64,000 nucleotides of DNA from NCBI GenBank assembly GCA_051362555.1, contig CM120643.1, positions 1,922,001 through 1,986,000 of the forward strand. The letters run 5' to 3'. This document shows, in pieces, positions 14,119 to 27,974 of this stretch. Position numbers and translations under genes: made by a program. A model generated the notes under the pieces. It made no database searches and was not told the origin of the DNA. It saw nothing but the letters and a program-made list of their open reading frames with translations. Source of the stretch: Lingula anatina. Lineage: Eukaryota > Animalia > Brachiopoda. How positions within the stretch are numbered: the stretch's first letter is position 1; each line of letters begins with the position of its first letter.

Positions 14119-15424
14119 CAAATAAATGATATTCGCCATCATCAGGACAGTGCAATCCTAAGTCCTCAGGCGGAAAATAATATCAAGTAACGCCAGCCAG
14201 AAATATAACTTTATCAGATAAATCGCGGCAAGACAACCAACCCTCCATTATTCGTTACGTTCATGCTTAGCCATATTTGTATAATGAATACTGGCTGCAT
14301 ACGGCGCAGATGGTATGCTTAAAATATTATACAACAATGTCTATCGAAATCCGTATTAAATATTCTGCACGGCGCTCTTCCGGGTTTTGACCTCATCCCT
14401 TTTATTGAGTTCTTAAGATTGAAATGTTACTTTTAACGAACTGCAGTTCTTAGCATGAATGAAATTAGAGTTTCTATTAACTGAAATGTCAGCGAACTCT
14501 CGAGAATAACGTGCACGGAGGGGGGGGGGGGGACTCTTCCTTCAAGGTATTCAACCGCTGCAGTATCCATACTAACTTAAATTTTCCATTTAATTATATG
14601 TCGTGAAGGGACTTCGTATATCATTTATGGTACGCCTCGAGGCTGTGCCACCGACTGTAAATGAGCTCAAACAGTAATTATGAAGACTACAGAGATCGTG
14701 GTGAGACGACCTCGCTGTATTATTCAGGTCCAGATTTCTATGGAAACCCCGGGGGAGAGCTGAGGTGTTCGCTCAATGAATTACACTGAACATCTGTGGT
14801 TGAATCGATGTTCTTTTTATCCACTGAAGGACAATGGTTAAGTAGGCCTATATGTCTTAAGAGGGACGTTTAAGCATGTGGTTTGACAACAAGACTTCAA
14901 ATCTATCCAGTTTTCTTCGCGCGCGCTGACAACCGCAGTGTGTGACAGTAGTGACACTGTTATTATGTTCTAGCATATAAATGATAAACTTGCGTCTGTC
15001 GTTCTCTACTTTTTTGGTGCTGGGGGGGGGGGGGGTTGCAGGATAAACATAAGGTTACTAGGAAAGTTGAATTTTTTACTGGTCGACTAGTATGATATCA
15101 AGGCTTTAAATCAGCACACATCTATGCCAAAATCGAGTCTAGTTATTTTGCACTTTGTGTGTATTACAGGACTGAGTATGAATTTTTTATTAATGTCTGC
15201 GAGACCTTTCAGTATTCAAGTGGGCAAAAATGCTTTACATACTCACACACTTGACATGTGTTATTGTGTTGTTTATTTACTGTGATAACTTGTGTACATA
15301 CGCCCCCAGCACGTGAATGCACATCTGGCCGTATTGCTGTACCACAACGTGTCTTATGGTGGTAAACGTATGTTGTCTGTACATTAGACTAGTGACATTT
15401 ACACGGTAGGTTGAGGAATTTCTC

Positions 15425-15484
<60 letters not shown>

Positions 15485-15901
15485 GCACACATCGACACAC
15501 GTACAAACACACACTCACACTCACACCACACACGTTTCACTCAATACCGTATCCTAGACCTAATGGCTGATAACAGCCTTCTGCAACAAGAGAGAGAAGT
15601 GACAAGACTTTATAAAAGTGCTTTCCCACTTTCCCAAGGAATATAAAATTTGTCCTTGAGCAGTTCGATTAACATGCCAGTTATTTTCCTGTCACACTGT
15701 TAGCGGTGACACAATCTTCCTGTGAGTGTCTTATGATTACGTGTTTTGTGTACAGCTGTGTACAAAAAGCACATCCGCTTCCTGCCGTCATTGAAATCAT
15801 AGTATTAAAATGTGTAAAAGATCAATTAACACGTCCTGAATGTTACCATTTATGACTTACTATATAATTATGAGTCAATATTCATGTCAGTGTATAATAA
15901 T

Positions 15902-16249
15902 AGGCCGTTTTGAGTGGGGTCCCGTAGACATCTGGGTTACCTACTCTCCACCAGGGCCTCAGATTAATTTTTCACAAAATATTCACAGAAATGTCTTTAG
16001 ATAAATAGAGAGCCATTTCATTCTCTGGCTTTTTGAAATTTTCGGTTCCTATAGTATCTGCTACCCTTGTAGAAAGTGCCCTCTACCAGGGCCACAGCTA
16101 AATGATGTGCACCTTTCTACAACACAACGGAGAAATGCACCGTGAATTCATTAGATACATATCTGTGAATATATAGTGAAAATAGGCCTTCCGTGGCTCT
16201 GGTAGAGCTGAGGATACGAGTTAGCCATCTCTATTGCAGCTAACGGCCT
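15902..16249. mobile_element. Degenerate MITE related to the 38738-39198 family
   Basis: Shares CCCTCTACCAGGG and GAYACATATCTGTG motifs with ~8049-8140, ~18600-18670 and 38738-39198. Short inverted ends AGGCCGTT...AACGGCCT. Confidence 0.45.
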
Positions 16250-16787
16250 GTACGACACGTATAACGAGATTGGGGGAGGGGTGGGGGGTGGGCAGGAAAT
16301 TCAATTTTAACCTGAAGATATTCTACACTGGTCCTAGACGGCAGATAAATACGCCTCACGTACGTATGTAACAAATAATACAGCAAACAAATACAACTTA
16401 ATTCCATTTGTTATCCAGGAATACGGAAGCCATTGTGTGTGTCGGAGATGAAAAATAATCGATCTGAACCTGGAGCAACCGAACACGGTCCTAGATCTGA
16501 ACGAGCTTAATGTTACATGAAACTAACATTACTGGTCTATTTATAGATTGCACACAGCACGTTAACATCGGTGGCTTTTTTAACAGAAGTATGTTTACCA
16601 ATACAGGTATTTCTGTGGAAATGAAGGGATATTCTTTGATGGGGGAGGGGGGGGTTAGGGGGCATGGATTCCATGCATAACACAAAGTCCCATGTAAGAT
16701 TAGACAAATTCCAAGAGCGTGCCAATATAAATCATTAGGTATAAATGTAAATTATATGAATAAATATTGTTATCAACAAGATCTTAC

Positions 16788-17052
16788 CTGACAGCAGGGC
16801 CAGCTTCTTGGCTACGACGATAGCTTTTAGTTCATTTCCACAGCATTTCAAAAGTTTATACTGCAGGTTAAGAAAATCCGAGAAAGTCCGTTTTATAAAC
16901 CGCGTCCTCTCATCAGACCAGCGAACCTCCACTATAAAAGCATAATCCGTTTTCCCCGTCTGCGCGTTCTTGATGGTGGCGAAGCCGTTCACTGACGCCT
17001 GTTCTATGGATAAATTACAAAAACTTAGACCGTCCCACGTGTTGGAAGCCAT
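16788..17052 (-). CDS. PXDC1: First coding exon of a PX (phox homology) domain protein, PXDC1-like
   Basis: MASNTWDGLSFCNLSIEQASVNGF...YAFIVEVRWSDERTRFIKRTFSDFLNLQYKLL...LLSG has the PX beta-strand/alpha1 pattern (V.WSD...+.R.FSDF..L). Its N-terminus resembles vertebrate PXDC1 (MASAVFEGTSLVN...VNG, recalled from memory). There is an in-frame TAG upstream of the ATG and a phase-1 donor CAG|GTAAGA at 16788/16787. The PX call is firm and the orthology is tentative. Confidence 0.75.
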
Positions 17053-17428
17053 GTCCGATGTGGAGAGTAGCTATATAAACAATTTACACTGAGATACCTT
17101 TTCCACAAGGTCGCTTAATCTGTGGCAGGGAATATGACGACAGCGAAGTCAGACGTATTTTATAAGAAAGAGTATGTGGAGAAAAATTCCTCACTCTCCC
17201 TTTTGCTTCAACTACGTGCTGAGATGGCGCCTTGCCCAAGATTGCCAGCTTTCTATCTCCCAAAACGCACTGCTTTCCTTTAACTCCAACAATCAATAGA
17301 AGCCCTTGGTAGATAACGTTGGAATTTTACTCCGCAGCGGTTTCCGACACTGACAAAAAGGCAACGTTCGGTGTTTCTGAACAACGATCTGCTTATCTTT
17401 CCTGGCAAAGTTTAGAATTGATCATAAC
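17053..17428 (-). other. 5' UTR portion of the PX-gene exon
   Basis: Strong acceptor TATTTCTCTTCTCTTGCTTCAG|GTT on the minus strand puts the exon start at 17428. No in-frame ORF reaches the ATG. Confidence 0.5.
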
Positions 17429-19033
17429 CTGAAGCAAGAGAAGAGAAATATTAGTCATAAAATTCTGAGTCTGGCACTGTTTTCAGTTACCTTCGTCATA
17501 AGAGATACGCAAATGAACCGAATCTTCTGAAGGCCAAATAGCGAACCTCGAGCAAAGTAAGGCCAAGCATATATATTGGTTTGTCTGAAATGCCTTACCT
17601 AAAAAAAAAGAACCCTGTGAACGGTTCTATCTTAATTTCAACTGGTATTTATCTTACAGTTGCAAGTCAGAGTCTTATAAGTTCAGTCACAAATTGGGCT
17701 TTGGCTGCAGCCGAACCAGAATATATAAAGATCCGGTGTACAGGAAATCCGGTACAAGTTGATCCGCATTGCTTCCGATGGACGCTCAAATCAAAACAAA
17801 TATGACCCATCCATTAAGCACAATAGAACTACATAAATATATAATTTAGAATCCCAGAATTGTTTTAAAACTAAATATTTCTCATGTTGGATTAGGAATA
17901 AAATGGGATTCAATCATGACAGAAACACAATGGAAGTAATTAACCCCAATTCATAACAATAATTTTAATGATGAGTAGCCGGATATTATATATGAGTGTG
18001 TAATCCACAATCGAGATCAAGGTTTATTTATTTCCAGCTAAAGGTAATCTTTCTACCTGCTTTCCGGGTTTCTGGTTATTCCACTGGACGAGCCTTTCGT
18101 TTCCTCGTAAAGAGTGACATCAGTTGAAGCGAGAGCGAAAACAATATCAGATTTCAGCCCAGAGATACTTAGTCGGAAAACGGACAAATGGCCTCAACTT
18201 TTGTGAAGGTTCAAATTTTATTACGGTGTCACGGTGTAAGCTTCATATTTGTGACTGCGGTAATAGGTTTAGAGTGACTGTGTCAGCGTTATTGTTTCAC
18301 TTACAGTTCTATTATTGTGGGCAGGGCACCTTATGCATCACTGCTGTACGAGAGCAACGATATCGGCACTAAATTACAACAGCGTTTTAACATCACCCAG
18401 CGTTTGAAATATTACATTTTTTATATATTATATTATATTTTTCTGCGTCCAAATGGCAGTCTTCGGCTACTGACAGAATGGTCGAAATAATTAGAAATAA
18501 TTGGAAAACTGCCCTATATCACATTCGTATTCCAAAAAAAAATCTAAAATTCAGTCGAGGGATAGCATTTATGACCCCCCTCCCCTCACTCAACAACGGC
18601 CTACCCAATTTCAGGGCCACAAATTGACTTTTCAACAGATATTCACAGATACACGTATGTTTCTGGCTAATTCGTGACGGTTTTCAACTGTTCAGCGAGA
18701 ATATTTGTCAGTATTAATGTCACCATGCACTCAGCTGGTTTCTACTATTTATTGTACGGAGTATTCCAGTCTCAGGGATTTCTTTCACTGCTCATTATAC
18801 TTTTAATTCAAGTGACAGTGATCTCACGATGTACCTAACACACGTAACACTGCTATATCATCGCTGCTATTGTTCGGCACCTATCGACCTTGTCACGTAA
18901 CGTACAGTACTGTACCCACTGGAGCTGTGACAAGACACACCGTGGCCGTCCATAAAACAGCATGGAGTCGCTTGATTGCAATTCCCCTCTTTTCTACCTG
19001 AGGCAAGCGGAAGATGGGTTTGATGTGTAAGCT

Positions 19034-19082
<49 letters not shown>

Positions 19083-20138
19083 GCAATTAAACACCTACTC
19101 CATGAAATAAAAGCTTAACGCTTTTTTTTTGTAAACGCAAATCTGAACGAGATCTACTTATATTGGAGTTGCTCATAGCTGACTCATAGCGACAGTATCA
19201 TGTTACCAGCCTCGACTTTGACGGGCCCGCTTTCCCAGCAGCGTTACCTGTGGGTCCCCGTACCATACCAGTGACAACTGATATCCATGTGTCACCTACT
19301 TCACTGTTAAAACTTCACGTTGACATATTTCTGGAGATGATCGCTACGAGAGTTAGCTGGGTGAAGTAAGTGACGGCACTGCGTTAACCTCGGCACTGAG
19401 GGCCATGGGGTAGAAATTTAAAATTTACCACGTTTTTACCGCCAACATACAAACAATCAAACAAACAGACAAACAAAACAAACAAACAAACAATAACTAA
19501 ATAAATAAATAAATAAAAATAGTATTGAATCCACCTTACAGTTTTTCAAGGTTCAACATATGAAATGTCTCATGACTAGAGCAAAGTATCATTTCCACCT
19601 TGTAACTATTATTTACACTATCTACTTCGTTCCACGGGAAATGGTGTCACTGACAATGTACTAAACAACCTATGTAAATACTCGGACCTCTTTTATTCTC
19701 AGCTTTTCCTCTTCTACAATTCATTCAGGCCTCTGGCTTCCCACGTCCGTGTTATACTATACTCGAGCACTCCCGTCCAACTTTCATCTTCACTGTTGTG
19801 TGGGCGGATACAGGGGGTACTGGGGAAGGGGGGGGCGGGAAGGGTGAAGGGTTCGGTGGGGGGGGGGGGGGGGTCCCCTCACACCCTCTTCCGCCAAATA
19901 CAAAGTATAAGGACGTTAAGAAAGGCGCAATCTGCAGTGTAACACTGTAATAAAACAGGCAAACTGCCACCAGGCAATGTAGCTCAACCCAAGAACTTAA
20001 CATAAAACTGAATTGTTTAATCCCTGTCGGAAGCATGAACTGGGAGCCTGGGGGCAACTACATATATACCGTGTTCTAGGTTGTGGGATTATTTACGTGA
20101 GAATACAGTAACTTGGTCGCTCTGACAGTCTTACTTAC

Positions 20139-20960
20139 ATCATAGTTTTCCTGTAACGGTTGCACATCTCTTTGTTAGTCCATACAGCCGAAAAGGAATT
20201 TGATATCGATCACAATTCTAATTCCGTATCCCTCTTTTTCTGCACTCTGGCGTGTCAAACATTGACAAAAATTGATCTTCGTCTGCTTAGGTAATAAGAG
20301 GCTTGTTTTTCTCGTCTAAAAACGCCCTTTTCTTCAATGATATTGCAACTTTTTCAACGTACCCCTGTATGCACCGCTAGAAGGTATTCTCGAGTGAATA
20401 TTCCGCACACTAGCAGCAAGTTGATGATTCAAATATGTAATTTTTTCTTTTCGTCTCTCTCAGTATCCTGTCTTGTTCATGAAGCCTGCATTCTGCTGAT
20501 GTAGACCTATCTACTGAATATAGCTAACATAAATATGTAATGTGCGGATCCAGCAGTATGATTATAGAACACTAAATCCGTTAATGTCGGTGCCTCCAAC
20601 CTTCACTCCTCTGACATCATCGGCAAGTATTTCACTGGCGATCACATTACAGTGGGCGACCCCAACACCCGCGCGATCCACTCGACTTCTTCCCCTGGTC
20701 AGTGAATCTTCAAGATTAACGAAACCAAAGGGATATTCCAAGTCCAAACTGTTCTGCGATTGTGAAAACTGCGTTTATCAGTAACCGGCAGAACCCTGAG
20801 AATTTGAAGGATGTATTTAATCCCGTCGTGGTTAATTAGAGGCAGATCCACTGCAGCAGCGTTCGTTACTGCCTAGCATTAAGTGAGCTTCAACGCCCTC
20901 TGCGCTAGCCTCGCATCCCGGCCGCTTCGCTCACTGCGCATCCACCAATCAACACGCTGA
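20139..20960 (-). promoter_or_regulatory. Possible promoter and non-coding first exon of the PX gene
   Basis: Minus-strand donor GAT|GTAAGT at 20139/20138. A CpG-richer patch with a CCAAT box lies at ~20880-20960. Inference only. Confidence 0.25.
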
Positions 20961-23787
20961 CGGAATCGTCTGCTTTCCCAGCTGTTAATTCCTCCCAGAT
21001 GCGTCTCTCTTGGACGCTATTGATTTCATTTCCTAAGGACTAATCACCCCTGGTCCTCACGTGAAATCCTGGGGGACGATGTGAGCGTTTTAAACGGGGT
21101 TTTGAGCAGGTGGAGAGGATTAGGAAAACAAGGTCGTCATCCACCGTCCACTGCACGCTTTGTTAACTTTCAGTGCCGTGAATTTTGGTACCTGACATTT
21201 TTTAGGGAGAGGGTAAGGTAAATATCATATTTTATTAAAAATTATAATCACAAATGTCAAAACTATGTAGGAAACTTTTATAGAATTTAAAAAAATCGAT
21301 GGTTTGAATTGTTTGGAATGGGCGAGGCATAAAACGGTGACATTTGTGATGATTATGACAAAAAATTGAATATATCTGTGAATTTACTGTTTCAACAATT
21401 AAGATTTTCGTTCATTTATCCTGATTTTTTTGGAAAGGCAGCACACCATGATAGTATTAACATGGGCAGTTTAATTTATTGTTTAATGGTGTTGATATCA
21501 AAAGAATAAAAATAAAATACAAAGAAAGAGAAGAAGAAAGCATGAGTTGGTAACTGTAAAGTGAGTGAAAGAAAAAATGTAACTCAATAAAAATGAATAG
21601 ATGATTAAGTGAACGAATAATTCAATTGATGACAAAGTAAAAGATGAAAGAAAATATGGAATAAAAAAAGGCATAAAAATAAAGAAAAAAGAAAGAAATG
21701 AACGTAAATTACTTAGAAAAGCCAAATAAACAAGTAAACAAACAAAGACAGGTTGTAATACCACTCGTGGATCACCAACCTTTGATCTCGTTATTTCATG
21801 TAAAGGTTGTGACACGCTTCTCAACTCAGCTGTTAATTTTTCTTGTCCTCTCCCTATAATAGATGAGGACCGCCAGTTTAACCTGGACAAAATACGAAGG
21901 TGACACTATATAACGGGATATTCCACGCAAGGGGGGAACCTGTCCTTCGGAATGACGTATGTCTCAGGGCAAACGTTTTCTTCAGTAAGGTAGATGAAGT
22001 GTGGATTCCGTTTTGTTTTACAGGCAGCATTCAACACATGGACATACATGCGGATTGACGCTTTTGAATGTACCATTATTAAAAGAATAAAATATGGTAT
22101 TATAATCAACGATTTAAGCATTTTTTGCTGGTTTTGTGAAATAACCTATATTGTCACTGGGTGTGATATATATGATGCGGGGACTGAAATAACCTGTTAA
22201 GTATTAAAGGTATATTTTGTGCGTCTGAAAATTACTCATATAATTTTTGATATCTATATATCCAAACCTTCAGGAGATCTCCACAGATTAAAAAAGTTGA
22301 AGCAGTTGCTGTCGTGGATTGTAGGCTCTAAATATGCCATAAGCGTAACCGCAGTCATTGCGATAGATGTGCTACACCCGTGGCAGCAGTCATTGCGTTA
22401 GATAAGATAAAAAGCGCAATCCGAACCTGCGATAATCTACGATGACAGGGGGTGCTCACTTGGAATCTAAACACATTCAAACCAAGTGCTTAATTTGGAG
22501 TTAAATAAACGGGTATATTGTTTAACAATTCTCGTTGCTGACGAAGGCTGTTTTAGTCGATTTCAAGGTGGAGGCCTGGATTCTCTCTAACCTTTTCCCA
22601 TGGGATCCTTCCACCCCCCTTCCCCTTTGCAAAAGACAATAGGCTGAACGCTTTAACCCTCTGGGCCCTCTCACTGTGTCGTCCCTTCCCTCAGGACCCC
22701 CAGTATATATATATCACAAACAACATCATTTTTACCCTCTAGACCCTCCCACTGCGCTGCTCCTGCCTTTTAAATCCCCAAGTTGCTATACCACGAGCAG
22801 TTTTTTTAAAACCACGCAACCCCTGAGTTTTACACTCTTCTGGAGATATTTTCATATTTTTTCTTATATTTATTGTTATAATTTTTATCATTATGATTAT
22901 TATTATTATTATTATTTTTTTTTTTTTGTTTTTTGACACAGTGGTTTGTTATCAGCCTGAGAACCAGAGCACTGACGGTGGCTCCACCTCTGTCCCACGT
23001 CCCACGTTGTCCCTCGTTGTCTTCTCGAACTGGGAATTTACAGCTGACAATTATCATTTCTCTCATTCTTACAATTCCTGTTTTTTATTTCTCCAAAACA
23101 AATGTCAACAATAACCACTTTTTACACCCTCTATTCAAAATGTAGCAAAGCTGGAGGATGGAACTAATTGTGTCCCCAGAATTTATTATTAAAAAATATA
23201 ATACCGTTCATTTTATGTATTTTAAATCTGAGAGTAGACTAATAATTGTTCATTCAAAATTGTCAAACAATTTAATCCCTCTAATTTGTTCTATTTTAAT
23301 AATAATTGAGTCTACAATAAACCCCTTACAATGCTTATTGTCCGTATTCTTATGGAATTCAGTAAATAATTCAAATATATGGTATTACAATAACCCTTAT
23401 AGAGGGACCACTGCCACATCTACATAAAACAACTTCAGAATTGTCTTCTATGACACAATAAGTCTGTAACCCTCTGTCTTCTATCGAAATAAATAAATAA
23501 CATGAAAAAGTAAAATGAACCTATCGGCATAATTTACTGGGCAATTATTCTACTCGAAATCCAATATTTGTTTTAAATAAACCTTGTGTAAATCACATAC
23601 ATCCAATAATCAATAATCTTAATTAGTAAAATAAATCAAATTGTAGTTTGATTCCCCATTTTCATTACTCATTGTCCGTATTCTTATGGAAAACACTGTT
23701 TATAGCAATTTATACCTGAGGTGACCATTTGTAAATAAAAGCACATGGAATTGGGGGGTGGGACAACATTTTTGACCTATGTGTGTG

Positions 23788-23790
<3 letters not shown>

Positions 23791-23858
<68 letters not shown>

Positions 23859-23880
23859 GTATATGTGTGCGTGTGTGTGT
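23791..23880. repeat. Compound (CT)n(AT)n(GT)n microsatellite
   Basis: Directly visible. Confidence 0.9.
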
Positions 23881-24062
23881 TCCTCTGTACAAGTATAATT
23901 CATGTAGAAGAACGGGGATGCAGAGTGGAAACGAGGGGTGTGGGTTGACTAATATTACCCCTACTTCCAATGCCATGTGGCAGAGCGAATGAGGAGGGGG
24001 TTGTAATGGTGAATTGATACAGCCAAAGGGCATTGACCAATTGCATAAACCTCATTATCTAA

Positions 24063-24277
24063 GGGCGTATTCCCAGAGCATTTAGATCGATCTATCCCCG
24101 CGGGGAGTCTCACTAGATTACTGTCAGATAATCCGGCTTAAATGTCATTCCCGCCTACTACAAGCTGTAAGGGGGTAATTAACATTCGTGCCCGCTCGGC
24201 TGACAGCTATTTAGCGTGAACCCCCAGGGAGGTAGGTCGATCTAAAGTAGATCGATCTTATCTCTGGAAATGGGGTC
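24063..24277. mobile_element. 215-bp Tourist/Harbinger-type MITE, copy 2
   Basis: TAA target-site duplication (24060-62 and 24278-80), imperfect TIRs GGGCGTATTCCCAGAG / CTCTGGAAATGGGGTC, and a second copy at 12773-12987. Confidence 0.8.
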
Positions 24278-24381
24278 TAAGCGTGTATTAACTCCCTATG
24301 ACGACGAAAACACCGATGTACCTGTAACAGGAATGGTAGTCCTAGGAATAGAAGTCAGGGCTCCCATACGATAAGAATAGT

Positions 24382-24549
24382 CAGGCCCGTAGCCAGCAAT
24401 TTCAAAAGGGGGGTTCTTTTTCTGAAAAAGTGGACCTTTTTCCATAAAAACTTTATGTACCTAGGTCAAATTTTACCCAGAGTGGACCTTTTCCCAGCAA
24501 AAGGGGCGGTTCTTTCGAACCCCCCGAACCCCCCCTGGCTACGGGCCTG
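24382..24549. mobile_element. MITE with CAGGCCCGTAGCCAG TIRs and 5-bp TSD (hAT5-like)
   Basis: 15-bp perfect TIR and TSD ATAGT on both sides. A diverged copy lies at 62979-63116. Confidence 0.8.
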
Positions 24550-26100
24550 ATAGTTAAGGGTTATTTGGGTTATTGGAGTTAGTATATGGGACGAATGTCA
24601 CCTGTACAAGGTAATGGGTAGCGGAATTCCATTCCTATTACACCGGACCATATCTTGCACTCGTTTTCCCTGACATTTTGAATTATTTCCTTATTCCTTT
24701 AACCAAATGGCAGATTCCGCACTTATTCATTCCTGAGACGGAATAATTGCTCTATTGGTGAATCTTTATAAGAAATTATTTTGATTTATTGCATCTTCAA
24801 AACTGTCTGAACATCAAGTGAACCATTTGAAGGATTTACCACAAGAAGACAGTTAATTGCTGACAAACTGTCACCTGCTTCACAGATATTATACAGCATA
24901 CAACATAAAAGCAGCGCTTTACAATATTACACCAGCATATAGCTGCAGATACATTACTCACTGACCACAAATAGGTTAACCCAGTAACAGGTTGCTCATA
25001 TGGCTTAATACGACTGTGATCTGTTCCATTTCACACATCTACAACGAAGGGTTCTTTGCGATGACACAGGAAATATTCATAAAATGAAATGAAATGTGCT
25101 AAATGACCACGAGGGTAGCATTATAGGCAGAGCCAGTTTGACGTGACCTGCATACATGTTAATTTGTTCATCTGTATGATAAAAGACAAATACTGTGATA
25201 AAGTGCTGAAAATGAAGAAACTCATGTGAGAACCAAACGGGAAAAACAGATGAAGAAAGGCTACGCAGAAACATTTTAACATTAAAAAAATTCTTATAAC
25301 CAATCTTAGATGATAGAAATGTCAGATTGAGATGAAGATTCTGGTGTCGATCAGGAGCCTGAAATGTGGATTGAAAATAAAACGCTTACTGGAGGTAAGA
25401 CAAAGAGAAAATGGTTGAAAACAAGATAAAATATAATTTAATTTTTAAAACAAGAGCTGGTGATGCCAACGTGATACACCCAAGTGAAGCAAGATGGATA
25501 GATAGATAGATAGATAAAAATATATTATTTGGTTGGTTCAAAATAGAGGGAAATAAGAGGTCAGTTGATTGTGGTGAAACATAAATAAAAAAGGAGAAAT
25601 AGTTAAATAAAAGCTACGTAAATATTAAAAAAGGCAACTGGCATTGTAAAATGTCACTTCAGTGACCGGGGAATGACACATTTTGTCAATGAACTAGATG
25701 ACAGTGATCGAAAATATTCAGTTTTATTCTAGCTTACATTTCAGAGTGATATTATGCTTATAAAACTCTATCAATGATAAATGAAATTGGATTTCCATAA
25801 GTATTTATCAATAACCTGATAAAAATGCAGCGCTTTATTTGATGTTTGATGTTTTTAATCTTGAAATTAGATAGCTTACATGAAACCGGTTTTATTATTC
25901 ACGTTCAAAGATAATGGGAAAATGGAAGCTGTCCGACCTATCCACATAATTAGATATGCGAGGTTATTGCTATTTTCATAGTACCTCTCCACATTTCAAG
26001 AAGCTTCAGATAAAAGAGAATACACTCTGAATGCTCTCTGAATATATGTCTGGATACATAACGTGGAGACTAAGAGGTTGGGTGTAAGCTGCTGCTGCTG

Positions 26101-26133
<33 letters not shown>

Positions 26134-27974
26134 TCCACAACCAAGTGGTCGTAATTGTACTATGTTTATTTTCTCCTATTTTTTCCACTTCTGTTGATAT
26201 TCCGCAGGGTGAAAGCTAGCCGAAGTTAAGTAATGAACACGGCAATGTACGCCTTCGTAGCATTGACTGAAATGACCACATCATTTTTTTAATGATTTTT
26301 TTCAGCATATATGCAACACTGATAACACATTTCGAGGAGAACCAATTAGCCTGTTGTCTTGCAACTCACAGGAGTGATCAGTCTGACTAATATACAGATC
26401 GAGTTTGAAAAGAAGCTTGATCGGTTTAGTTTTGATGAAGTTATGCCTTTTTTGAATATACATGTAACTGGTTTTTCCTCAATTTTAATTCTTAGGCATG
26501 TTAACAGTCTCATTATTGAAATAATTAGATTCGTAGTGTTTTTTTCATTTACATTTTCTGCATCTTAACAGTGTTAGTTGATTATATAAAATGATGGTAA
26601 ACCTGTTATCGGGTATTGTGTAATTAAGTGTCAAAAATGGAAATAAACTGGTATCATTGCAGTTTGTCAGATTCAATCATTCACTATGTTCAGACTCTCA
26701 GCATGGATCAAATTGGACATTTAAAATTGTTCTATTGATATTTTTCCTATCTCGACAATTTTCTTAGTTAATAATAGAAAATATCAGTAAATTGATTATT
26801 CTGATTTATGTAAAAAGGTATCGAAAATGGAAATAAACTTTTTTCAGTACAGTTATCTCTTGTTTACATTTTGGCATTTTTAAGGTATGACTCTGAACTT
26901 CCATGGGCTTGAAGACTTTTGCTAGTCACATTTTTCTGAATATGCATGATACTTTTATTTTATAATTAAAATTGATGATCATTATGCTGTTAAGCATAAT
27001 GTAATGTTGCATCAAAATTGAAGAAAACTCTATTTTGGGCACTGCCTCCTTGGTGACCATTAAAGGAAAACCATGTCACTTATTCTACTAAAACTAAAAG
27101 GAAAGAAACATAGGACTAGAATACAGCTTCATTTGGAAAATCTGTCTTATTAGTTAATATTCTGGAATTTATATAGTTTTTTGTAAAAATTAAATTTTTA
27201 CAAATCGGCATTTTCAAGGTGTGAATTTGGACCTCCATGGGCTTGAAGACCTTTGCTAGACACATTTTCTGAATATCCATGATACTTTTGTTTTATTATT
27301 AAAAATTGATGGTATTTAGCATGATGTAAATGTAAGGTTTGTTGTGATTGTGTTCGGTGTCGTATATGTTCGTATGTGTACGTGGAGGTCACGGGTTGAA
27401 AGACCACGCCCCATAAAATTTGATTTCCACCTGAAAGTCGGACGGAGATGCAGGTTGAATAACTGATAGAGTTATTCCAGTGATCTTGCAGGCAAGTTTA
27501 ACTGTATTTAATAAGGGACCAATCCATAGTTTAAATTCATACATTTCTAAACTCGTATATTTATTTTATGGTGTTTTTGCCATTGTTATATTTTTGTTTC
27601 TTTGTTTTATTAGAAACGTGGCACTAACCGTTTGTATTTAAAATATTGTATCTTACAACATATTGTCATTTAATGCAATAAAATAAAGATATTTAATTCG
27701 TAGGACTATTGAAATAAATGACTACGAGGGTGGGGTAAGTCATACCAAGGTTGATATATTCTGCATGCGTGTTAATTGATTCTTTTTTAACGATAAAAGG
27801 GAAACGTTGTAATTTTAGTTGTATTTCAAAATGAAAACGATCATGAAAGTCATTATGCCAATCAAGAGGGGGTCGACAGATGTAGAAAGACTGACAGACA
27901 AAATTTAATGATCATTTTGAAATTCTAAGCATAAAAATATTTCTGTAGTATTTATAGAGTCGTGATATTTTAAA

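Noticed and set aside
13591-14190. 199-aa S/L/F-rich ORF and antisense RE-rich ORFs
   Set aside because: These are translations of a CT microsatellite, which lacks stop codons by composition.
22538-22570. CTGACGA-AGGCT-GTTTT-AGTC hammerhead-ribozyme-like core
   Set aside because: The required GAAA after stem II reads GATT, and I could not identify stems I and III. At best a dead Penelope-type relic.
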